A stretch of 64,000 nucleotides of DNA from Bugula neritina (taxonomy: Eukaryota > Animalia > Bryozoa): contig OZ037766.1 in NCBI GenBank assembly GCA_964035545.1, forward strand, positions 6,748,722 to 6,812,721, read 5' to 3'. Shown piece after piece: positions 42,001 to 52,975 of this stretch. Numbering within the stretch: position 1 is the first letter of the stretch; every line of letters starts with the position of its first letter. The position numbers were made by a program, and so were the translations under genes. Below the pieces are notes generated by a model, which saw nothing but the letters and a program-made list of their open reading frames with translations, had not been told where the DNA came from and did no database searches.

Positions 42001-42413
42001 ATCTCTATTTCTTTTATGAATACAAGTTGAAAGTAAAATATTGATTTTTTGAGTTAACGATATCTAAAGCCTGATAACAACTGTACCTGCTTGCCCTGTG
42101 ATCTATACACTATCTACGTATATGTTATCATAACAACTAGCTTATATTCAAAGGAGATTAAACTAGAAAACTGAGAATAGTAACTCTCTGTTGTAATCCA
42201 GTATAAATTAGTCTAAAAGTCAAAACCATACAGATCCCACAAATATAGTATCTGATAAGATGAATTATAACACCATTGGCATTACCTATAAACTGTAAAT
42301 ATAATCTCAAGTCATATACACAACTATAGATAATTCTATTGACTTTCTTTTCAATTAACTTACTTTTTTTTCAAATGCTTTCTGTCACCATCATGAACTC
42401 CAAAGTCTTCCAT
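30034..42413 (-). CDS. Ectonucleoside triphosphate diphosphohydrolase (CD39/GDA1 family, ENTPD1/2/3/8-like, two TM helices, ~519 aa)
   Basis: Exons 42413-42364, 39784-39661, 38827-38710, 37016-36866, 35829-35658, 35397-35161, 34809-34687, 33868-33749, 33393-33274, 31227-31102, 30252-30034 (1560 nt). All five apyrase conserved regions present: [32 protein letters not shown]; N- and C-terminal TM segments. Confidence 0.95.
31380..31505. repeat. 30-bp minisatellite (tatagaatacatgtagctatattatacctg), continuing at 32830-32900
   Basis: Directly visible; split by the transposon at 31508. Confidence 0.9.
31508..32829. mobile_element. TA-flanked non-autonomous DNA transposon, intact copy 2, in an NTPDase intron
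   Basis: TIR ggggtaa...ggcacaacgg / ccgttgtgcccccgttacccc, TA on both sides; internal ggggcacaatgggcca repeats. Confidence 0.9.
35905..36057. mobile_element. Hairpin-like MITE
   Basis: tctataagcagct...ggtggctgag...gtagtttgggattct versus agaatcccaaactac...ctcagccacc...agctgcttataga; a similar start occurs at ~29433. Confidence 0.8.
36312..36414. repeat. Family P palindromic element (intronic copy)
   Basis: tgcagcacaaagtttggggtcactga / tcagtaaccctgaactctgcgctgca, internal tttgagacc. Confidence 0.65.
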
Positions 42414-42539
42414 TTTAGCTACACACTGCACTCTTGCACACATAAAATACTAACTGAAGCTTAAAAAGGTATAATACTAACACCATACACCACCTGCAAT
42501 ACAGCTACCCCGTGCACAATGTTCTTGATCTATATAGGT

Positions 42540-42700
42540 TGCGGGAAGTCATTGTAGTAAATGGGTTCTGATTGGCTAACTAATATTGGTGTTTCTCTGA
42601 TTAGGCAATACTTGAGGGCACGGCTGTGGTACATCCTTTGCAAGTAATTTCCTATACTTTAGATATTATATTGGTGTATACACTGATGAGTACCGGAAAC
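42540..42700 (-). promoter_or_regulatory. Candidate proximal promoter of the NTPDase
   Basis: Cluster of gcgggaa (E2F-like), ctgattggct (CCAAT on minus) and accggaa (ETS-like) 130-290 bp upstream of ATG 42413. Motif-based only. Confidence 0.45.
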
Positions 42701-44241
42701 AGTACTCAGTCAGTATGTTCATAATCATCAAATGCTGACAAACTAGCAGTTGAAAGTAGTTGCATAACGCTATAATGATTACCAGTAAAGTACCAGGTTA
42801 AAAACTATAGTTCGATATAAATATGTTGTACTTAATATTATTATAGTTATGTTGTACAGCTGTTGTGGTTACAGTATATTACTTTATAATAGAATGTAAG
42901 AGTTGATGTTGCAATCCATCAAACTAAACTATGCAGAGCTGCGGCAGAATCAACATCATAGAGTGAATCTTTTAGGAATATTTTTCAATAAAATATTAGT
43001 TGTGTAAGTCATCACGCAAAATTTGGGGAGCACCAACCATTATAATTATTTCACTATTTGCAATTAAGCAGTGGGGGGACTTTGCCCAATGAATCAAAAA
43101 TAAATTAACATCCCAGCTACAAAGGGTTAGTTGTGTAGATTGCGAATTTATTGAAGTTATACATGCTATAGTAAACCTGTTGGAATACTTTTGTGGCAAC
43201 AAATATCATTGCAGCCTGAATTAATTAGGATCTTCGATACTTTGCCTTCTTTCCAAAACAATTTAGGAAAACTTTAAGCCAAATACCAACAAAAATAACA
43301 GCAATGGGCATAATCTCCTTCAAGTTTATAAAACCATAAAGTATAGCCATTCTAAACTCATAAGATTATCAATGAGCTGAAAGATGCCAATTGATAATTG
43401 CCATTTACTTGTGGCTATATGCTAAGCATGAGCATCTTTTTACACCTAATCAAGTTTTTGACCTCTAAACTTTTATGGTTGACAGAAAATGATGGACCAG
43501 GATTTAATCAGTTAAATTTATGGAACTAAAGTAGAATAGGTGGCTGAAAGAATAAATCATAAGCTAAAAGTTGAGAAGTTTTCAGTTCATAAAGACTTAT
43601 TAGTGATGATCATAATTATGATAATTATAACTACAAAGTGTGCAAAATATATTGGCTTTTACATGGTCCAAAATCACCAACAATATCCAGTGTCCTCACC
43701 TCCCACCTTATATAAAAAAACATCACAAAATAACCAACCAATCAACTCTCATAACACAAATAATGACTACTCAACTCCCCCAACTACTGTCTGAAGTTCA
43801 CTTATGATATTCAACACTGTCAGAAGTATCCCCATTATTACTGATTATATTACAGTATTTATTATGTTTTAATCTCAACAAGAGAAAACACTAAATAGTA
43901 ATGAATTTACAGCAGTAAATTCTATATAATATCATGATATTGGAATACTACACATACCTGATATCTTATTCTTTCAACCATATTATATTATTTTTAAGAC
44001 TATTTTAGTCCCTGCTCAACTAAAGCTACCATCACATTTTTTGCAGAGCAGCAAATTTGCTGGTGCTACAATTTCATTATTTCAAAATATGTATGGACTC
44101 ATTAAGGCTTTTACATGATTACAAAATAGTTTATATTAAAGGCTAGAAGCACAAAGAAGAAGATACACTGATGAAAAAATGACCAACTAATGCACTAATT
44201 AATACCAAGCCTGCATTGCAATTTTAAATATAGGCACATAC

Positions 44242-44304
44242 TTGCGGCCAGCCAAATAAACAGTTTCTTCTTCCATTCTATCCCAAACCCTTAGAGAGCC
44301 ACAA
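44242..44304 (-). CDS. Candidate alternative first coding exon of the NTPDase (MEEETVYLAGR-)
   Basis: Acceptor gttttag, ATG at 44276, donor gtatgt; ends in phase 2 (aa) like exon 42413-42364, so it joins exon 39784 in frame. Confidence 0.55.
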
Positions 44305-47300
44305 CTAAAACAGTAGCACATCACATTAATAATGCAAGACATGTTATATAACTTATATTAAAGGCTACAATTTCATATGTGAAAACATAGTTCAGAATTT
44401 AATTATGGAATAATATTGTACTAAGAGCAAGTCTTTAAATCTATCGCACTGATAGTTTGATAAAACGAATAATAAAACAGATGCAATTTTTAATTTATGT
44501 GCTTAAATCATAATTTTATAATTGTTTTTTTTTTACAAGTGATTAAAATGATAATAAATGCACGCACAATAGCGGTGCCCCAAGATTATAGCTCAAAAAA
44601 ATTTAAGGAAACAAAAAAGCAACCAATACAATTGTAATTACAGATATTTATAGACGACCCAGAGTCACAGTTGAATAGGTTAGAACACATTACCTGAGGC
44701 AAACCTCAGTCATCACAAATTAAATACATAAGTTAAAAGAGCATTTTAAATTTTCTGATTATCATGTCTATATGCACCCCACCTTTATTTTAGTTTAACT
44801 TTATAGATCAACAAATCAAATAATATTAAACAATTTAATTATTTCAAAGCATAATCAATAAGTAATTGAAAAACCTTACACTTCTGCTTTCCTAGCAATA
44901 CAAATAAATAAACATTGGGTCTAAAATTGTGATTGACTGATGGTAAAATTGGAGCGCATGTGTTGAATAGATAAATTACAAAGAAGCAAAAATTAATTAG
45001 CAAAATTATACAAACTACATTTTAATAACCCCCTGTAGACTGCAACGTGGGCTTTTAAACAATGGGATGGTTTATCGAGTTTACACATTCATTTCTTAGG
45101 TCTTTACATTCCCCATAGGTAATCAAAATAACTGTATGGTGCAAGCTTAATATAAGTAGCAGCCAAACTGCTTACAACTATTCACAAAGACCGCTATTTA
45201 AATTAAGAATTACCTCAATTGCGTAAAATAATATTGTATTCAGACTAAAACCATTAAATGTAAATACAAGGATAATAGCATGACCCGCGTGTGACTTCAT
45301 GTTAATTTTCTAAGGAGTCTTTGATTGCAAACTTAAATATTTATAACTTATAGCAAGTTTAAACAAATAGTATATACAAATGACCAGTAGATAGAAAACA
45401 TTTACTTTGCCCTCTGGCCTCAAATTTGCAAGAAGCTGCCGAGGCTTTTAAATACAGGAGCATATATAGTAAAGAAACTAATCAACTCAGAATGCTGTGA
45501 TAATAAATCAATTTACCAGCTACAGATCATTACAACTATGAGAAATAGACAATTAGTAATGTTTTTTAATTATACAGATAATAAACTCTGTCAACATTGA
45601 TTAGGAGCACAGTGCTACTGGTTTTACAGAGGTATTGTTATGTTGTTCCAAGTATAGTGCAGTGTCAAAAATCATTTACTAAGGGAGCTAGTACATATTA
45701 TATAGTTGAATAAAAATTGTCAAAACAATATTTTTATTAGAAAATACTTTACTAAAAAATAAAACTAAAGAAGTAAGGCAGACATAAACTGAATGGTCAA
45801 ATACTGTGCTGCTAAACAAAAAATAATCACACAAAATGTAAATTTGTTATAATAATTACAAAAGTAATATATTTTGATTGATCTATCCTGGATATTACAA
45901 TATTTTTCCAATTCTGAAGCTCCAAAGTAACAAAATTTGTGAAATTATGTAATTGTTAGCTAGCTACATTATTAAGTTATATCTGTTTTCACAAGTACAC
46001 AAATTAAATAGCAGGTGACTTTTACAGATTATGTTTGCTAATTTTGAACTAACTTTTTTTTGAAAAATTATAGCGTTAAAAAAATTCTTCTCATGACTAA
46101 AAAACTAAATGAAGGCAGAGAATGATCAATTTTTATGTTTACTAACTTAGCTTGCAGAGAGCATAAGATTTTACCAAATTTATGAGAATTCAACAATAAA
46201 CTAGGGAAATGCTTGTAGACACTTTTTCACTAAACTACTTATCTACACCTAAGTTTTCAATACTACTAGTATACTTTGAGAATTGACTAAACTGTTCAGC
46301 GAAAATTTAACTTTGACCACTTAGGTAAGAATGCCAGTCCTAAAAGGTTAATAATCACAATACTAGCTTTATGCTTCTAAATATAGAATAAAAAAGCATA
46401 AAATAATAATTTGACTTGAATCAGTGCCTTTTATAAAAAGTAAGGCAAAGGATAAATGAAAGAAAATAAAAAATGAAGATGGTCAAGGCAAGTAAATAAA
46501 AAAGAAAAAGCAGTGTTGATAGCAAAAAATTTTGTTTAGCCTTCTTAGAACATACATTGCTGGCTATCAGCTCAATACCAGAGAATTATGTGTTGCAAAG
46601 GGTATATGTTGGTTGTTTCTGTGTTTTCCTTCTATATCAGTTACCACAATAAGAGCCAGAAGGATACTTGGTCCAATAGCTGTGGTGTGCATCTAGGTGG
46701 CTCAAGAAGTATTTAAATTAGTGGTAGAGTCTTTGATAAGTGAACCCATGTTCTGGTGGTCAATTCACTGAACAAAACCTATTTTGCCGTAAATTGTCAT
46801 CAATGAGACAATGACTAGTCCAACTTGTTAATTTTTTCAGCAGCAGAAATATGACACCAACTGGTTTTGATGTTCTTAGTAGAATAACATTGGGGAGATG
46901 ATCCCACTATTTTATTTGAAAGACAGTCTGGAGCCAACATTGCTGGGTGAAAGAGCCTTACAATCTGATGGCCGCATGTAAGCTATGACTCACACTCAAC
47001 AAGGTAGTTAGTAATACAGCTCTGCACAGGCTTAAACTTTAGATTTCTCCTAGCCTTTTTGTTAAGTCTGCCAAATTCTCTGCTTGCAGCTGAAAGTTTT
47101 CAGCTTATTTACTATCTTTTTTTTATAGAAAATTTGGCATAAGGGAGTTAATGATAAAAGACTACCAAGCTAAAATACTGACATGGTTATAATAGCTTCT
47201 AAGAATTTTAAAATTGACATTTGGAAAAGAAAACGATGAATAGTGCCTGTAGAGAGCCCACAACTCCAATTGTGCTCGAGTGTTAATTAGTAATTATATA

Positions 47301-47599
47301 TAATAACAACCCTGATTTAGTGACTATTATTAGGATACTCATACTCCTAGTGCAAAGTAAAGGTAGGTCTCCCTTACAGTTGCAGAGGTTCAATCACTAT
47401 GTAAATGTTCAAATGATGACACATTGGTTGCTAGTTAGCCATACTCATAGGTTTATTTAATGTGCAGTTGCTTATAACACATGGTTATAATTATCATTCT
47501 GATAACTACGTCTCCTGATTGTCATCATCATCATAATTGAAACAAAAGTAAAACATCAATATGTTGAGAGTATTCCCAAGTAAGTGAAACACTATTTCA

Positions 47600-48300
47600 G
47601 TATTCGAACTATTGGTATTAATTAGTAGTACTATTACTATTAGTATTGATTGTCAGAATACAAAATTGAAGACTTGCAACTCTAAGATTACTTTTAAGTT
47701 TAGGAATAAAAATAAGTATTTCACTATCTGCCAATAACATTTACTGATAGTGATATAAGACAATTACAAATAATATTAATAAGACCAACTATGAGTTTCA
47801 GTTGCGTCTAAGTCTTCCAATTACTGCTACTCATACTGTACTACTAGTACTGTACTAGTACTACTGGTAGTAACCTTACTATAATTATAACTATTGCATT
47901 TACCATTAGATAATTAGTATTACTGTTGCTATTAATATTAGTATTAGCATTCGATTTAGTATTTAGCTGTGGTGCTCACTTACACCTAATTTAAAATTAG
48001 ATCTAGTCATTTAGTGACGTAGTCGTAGCACCATAACTATAACTATAAGCGTAGCCTTATACTTATAGTTATAGGTATCTTGCCAAATTTTATTTCAAGT
48101 TTAACTCTAAATCAGAAAGTAAGACTTGGAGTTGTACTAACTCTAAAAGTTAGAGTAGGACTCAAAGTCAAACTGAAACTTAATCACATTCACAATGAAT
48201 GAATGGTACTGATAGTGACAATCACAATGACAATGATAGTGGCAGTGCAAGATCAAGATGAATATGGAATATTTATATTCATATTCATATTGATAATCAT
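47600..48300. repeat. Degenerate 6-bp-period tract
   Basis: e.g. gatagtgacaatcacaatgacaatgatagt, tattcatattcatattgat; boundaries approximate. Confidence 0.75.
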
Positions 48301-48477
48301 AACGAGCTATGACCTTTTTTAGGTCGGTCACGAGTCAAGTCTATTTAAATGCGGCCTTTGCCTTCACGAGGCATCAACTTTGGCAAACACAGTCACAATC
48401 ACTCAAACTCAAAGAGTTCGGAGTAACTGCAAGTTGCAGTCAACGGTAGCTGTATCAATGTTGGGAAATGATTGACA

Positions 48478-48584
48478 CAGCACCAAATTGGGGGTGACTG
48501 AGTGCATTGGTTCAGAGGTCTCAAACTCGGAGTGTGAAGTTCGGACAGCGATGCGTTTAATAACTCCTAAATTGATGCTGCTTC
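48478..48584. repeat. Family P palindromic element (reverse orientation to 6025)
   Basis: Reverse complement gaagcagcatcaatttaggagttatt...tttgagacc...ccaatgcactcagtcacccccaatttggtgctg aligns with 6025-6165; ORFs 5961+ and 48409- are similar. Confidence 0.7.
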
Positions 48585-48859
48585 TAGCGACACCTTCCAA
48601 CAATATTTTTGACGCTATTATATAGCCTATGTAATAATACCATTTAACATATCACGCTGTATGCATGACATGACATTATGTCCTTTTGTCATTCGCACTC
48701 ATACGTGGTTCACGCCCACTGCCGCAGGAATAGTATAAGTAGGATAACTCTCTAATATATGCAAAACAGGAAGATTTTTAACAGTTTACCTTTGTATTAA
48801 CTTTTGCACTTCAAGTTACTTTTTAGAGATACGCAATACAAATGAGGAAATAATAGCAG

Positions 48860-49139
48860 AGACCAGAGTGATGCCGGTTAAAGATCTGATGAGAGAAAAA
48901 AATGCATGTTAGGCGGACAGAAAGTAAGGACAACATCCGGAGAGTGTCAGAAATGACAGTTGAAGGAGTGTCACCTAGGGATATACCAAAACAAAGATGG
49001 TGCGATATGATAACCTCAGACCTTAGATGGCTTGATCTAGATAGGTCAGATATGCCAAAGATCGAGTGCGATGGAGGAGTTTTGTAAAACTTGGAATCGA
49101 GCCGAAACCGCCACACTGGACCGCTGCGGTAAAAGGTGA
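48860..49139 (+). mobile_element. Decayed RTE-clade retrotransposon 3' fragment
   Basis: HVRR...RRVSEMTVEGVSPRDIPKQRWCDMITSDL resembles the RTE C-terminus; ends aaggtga. Confidence 0.75.
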
Positions 49140-49880
49140 CCACTTTTTATTCCTTTATTTTGAGTGAACTCGCAGAATGCAGATTTTGTAATCTGTTAAG
49201 ACATGAAATAAATAATATGCTATGTTTCTTGCTTAAACTAAATTAATAATATCTGTTAGATTATTTCAAATAGATTTATGCATTACAAAAATTTGATAGT
49301 GGTGAATTTTATGTATTGTCACTCAGAATTTGCTAATAGATAGCACGGCACATCAGGTTGGATGTCATAACACCAACACCATTTAATATTTACCAAAAAT
49401 GCATTCAAGTTGAAATAAAATGCACCAATAAATGTGTAAATTTTAAAATAATCTGAGGTATATTATAAATTAAAAATATATCTGTCAAAATAGTTTATAT
49501 GTATACAATCAATCTATAAGTCACAAAAATACAAGTAGCAAAAATATACTCCAATTAAAAAAATAAACAGGCTTGTGATTGTGAACCCAAAACATGCGCA
49601 TAAGATATGCATATAAATTATTTTTATAAATGTATAGAACAAAAATATCATTAATTTAGTTTTATTATTTGAGCAGATTTTTATACTATAAAGAAAACAA
49701 CCACACTATCTGCATGTTATTTCCCATCTTTACTTTGCTATTAGATAATATTATAAAATTAGAACTAGTTATGTAAACATAACATAGTTATACAAGTAAA
49801 ATTTCTTCAATACATGCCTATAGATACGTATACATGGTTACAGGGCAACTCATACTAACCAAATTACACATTATAGTTTG

Positions 49881-51628
49881 TCATTCTGCCGGAAATTCAT
49901 TACTAGACAATGTGGCTAAGTTGAGGGGAGGTACTGACTCCTCCTCATTGTCACTATGAACCGGTGATTCCTGGGCTATGTCATTGTCAGCAGGTGGCAC
50001 TTGTGATTCAGCAGATATTTCACAGGAAGACTTCAGCAAAAGTTGATCAGAAATATTCTTCTTTTCAAATTCATCTAATTCTTCTGTAGTGGGAATATGC
50101 AATTTCTTACGCAATCGCACTTTAGCGGCATGCTCTTGTCGTGCCTTTAGTTTGTCTTTAATTGCTTGCAACTTGAGTTCTCGGTTTTCAGCAACCTGGT
50201 CAACTTTTTGTATTGTGTGTTCGAGCAACTCTTGTTGCTGTTTGACCTGATCTTGTTGTATGTTCACTACATCTGATTTTGTTGATACTGAGTTTATTTT
50301 CTCCAGCTTTTCCAGTTCAGCTTCCTAAAAAATTAGCCCACAGTAAACATAATATAGTTTATTCCTTAAAATAACAATTATGTGCATTCATGCGCAGGTG
50401 TGCGTGGGTATCAATTCTGAAGTAGGGCCAAAGTCACACAATGTCCAAATCTAGGCTGACCAAATCAATTCATGACTCAGAAAAACAAGTTTAAGCCACT
50501 TCAAATTGAGTAATGACTTGAATATATTTAAGTCAATTTGAACTGACTTGCAAGCCTTACAAGTCAGTACATATTGTTTGTGATGCTCATTTAAACATCA
50601 GCATAAATGTGATGGGGATTAATAAACCGTTGCAGTATTTAGCAGTTAGAGTACCTCTAGTTTCAGTTCTTTTTAAACTTTTGTTTTTATAAACAATAAA
50701 TAATATCAATATATTTATTGTAATACAATGCAAACATTATCATAAACATATTTTATAAGCACCAACTGTAGTTAGGTGTTTCGTATGCAATAAATCTCAA
50801 ATACTATCAATTTCTAAACAAACCTTCCTTCGTTGTTCTGCTTTTGCAAGCTTATTAGCTATTTCTTCTTTTGTTTTCTTCTTCTTTTTTCTTTTATCTA
50901 GTTTGGCAAGACGTGCAGGTATAGCTCGTCTAGGCAGCGTGGTGGCTTCTACCACTTCAAAAGCTAAACCATTCTTTGCTTCAAATTTTGATGTAGCAAT
51001 AAGACCTTCATTTCGCAAATTTTCAAGTATCCTTTGTTCATCTAATCTTGCTTTGTCTTTGGCACTTAAATTTCTTGGAGCAGGAGTTCCATTTAAACAA
51101 AAATCTAAAAGTAAAACAGAGTAGTTTAGTATAAATAACTAGAGTTGTTGAGCAAATATCTACTATTATGACTGTGATAATATGAAAAGGTCAAATAATG
51201 ATACTTTCGATTTAACTAATGTAAGCGTATGACCAGTGACCAATACGCTATATTAAATTACAAAGCAACTGCAGTTGTGAATATTTACCGAATTCAAAAG
51301 GTTTAAAGTTTCTTTCGATCTCTTCCACTACAGCACAGTCCGAGTTTTCAGTAATCATGTTTGCGTACTCATTCACATTAGTACCATCGTCACCATCCAA
51401 ATCATTGCCATCATAACCCGAGTCCAAACTTCGTTTTGATACTTTGCTGGTTGCACTTCCTGACGGTCTGTCGCCGCCGTCAATTGATGCACAAGAACCA
51501 GTAACGTTTTGCTTAAAACCATTTTTATTGCCGGTCATGTTGTCTTTTGGTAGTGCCGAGGTTTCAGAATTAGGATGGCCATTATTAACAGGAAGAACTT
51601 TGACCATTTTTCCATTGCTACAGCCCAT
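49881..51628 (-). CDS. Stathmin domain-containing protein (STMND1-like, ~354 aa)
   Basis: Exons 51628-51289, 51104-50824, 50324-49881 (1065 nt). MGC N-terminus, SATSK..DSG, LRNEGLI, GLAFEV, PARLAKL, EIANKLAKAEQRRK, AENRE...RQEHAAKVR stathmin-like coil. Confidence 0.85.
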
Positions 51629-51999
51629 AATGACGGTTTCGGTGTCTCAACTGTTCACTTAATATTTTAACTGCAGTTAGATCTTAAGCACATTACAATT
51701 AATTATGAGTAACAAATACTGAATCACAGCTCGCCAGCCATTAGAACAAGATGCTTAGCACGTTTTCTTGAGGCTGTAAATAGAGCTGGTGTTGCTTAGC
51801 GACAATAATGTGACTTTTTGATCCAAGTAATTTGTCGAAGTAGTAGCCAATAGTTTACGCTGATTTAGCTAGTCAATTTTATTTATTATGCCAACACTTC
51901 CGGTATCTCATTAAACTCTCTTTTTGCACAAGAGCATTATAATTATTATTTGATTTATATCTATCACATTAACCCTTTGTTTTGCACTGCTTTTATATT

Positions 52000-52480
52000 G
52001 ATATTATCATTGTGATTGTTAGTCTTTATCAATTACAATTACAATGGTTTTTAGCCACAATTTTAAAATTTTGCTTATTGTTATCAATTAATATTATTAT
52101 AATTTTTAATAATTTTAATTATAAATTTATAATATCAAATTCAATAATTGAATAAAATTAAATATAATATTAATACAATAAATGAATAATATATTTAATA
52201 ATTATAATAGACAATAGTGAAACTGAATATGTTTTACTATTACTGTTAGTATTAATATAATGAAATTGATATGTGATATTCATATTGTAGTTGTTTGAAT
52301 TATTGTGGTTATGATTCTCATTATTACAGTATGATATTCATATTGGTTATGAACTCATAGTCATTATGAGTATCTGTTAGTATGAGTATGACTATTAGTG
52401 ATACTACGGGTATGAATATTAGTAATAATATCACTATCAATATCAATTTCACTCTATCAATATTAGTATCATTATCAATA
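52000..52480. repeat. AT-rich degenerate 6-bp-period tract
   Basis: e.g. tattatgagtatctgttagtatgagtatgactattagtgatac; boundaries approximate. Confidence 0.75.
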
Positions 52481-52975
52481 AAACTCCTCAATGTCTGTAA
52501 TGATGTTTTTTACTCTTAGCTGTTTGAAATAGTAATATTTATAACAGGGCAGCATTTTAGATTGACTATCTTGAGTTCAGATTGAAATTGATTATTTTAC
52601 ATGCCTATAATTTTATACTTAATCTTCTTGGATAACTTTCAAATGTTTAAGCCAAAACTTCGCTATTTACAGTCAAACAAAAGATACATATTGTACTAAT
52701 GTTTTTATAATAATATTTTTTATAGTGTTATCTATATTATAATTGATTTATTTATTTAAAACTAAATTCATTTGTTTTCCACATGTTTATTACAAGTTTA
52801 TACATGCGAACTGGTAGTTGCAGTCTTTTTACACTTTAATGCATATTTATATGATTAGTCATGGCGTTTTTACAGAACTATTTGAAACCAATTCTTTATG
52901 CTGTTTAAACTTTGGCATGGTAATCGGAACTTGTCACTGTTCAAATCCTCTTTATTATTTTGGAATCAGCTCAAC

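Noticed and set aside
43000-47500. Independent gene between the NTPDase and the stathmin-domain gene
   Set aside because: No chain of phase-consistent exons or motifs; best read as NTPDase 5' intron or intergenic DNA.
50903-51662. Plus-strand ORFs at 50903 and 51444
   Set aside because: Antisense shadows of the stathmin-domain exons.
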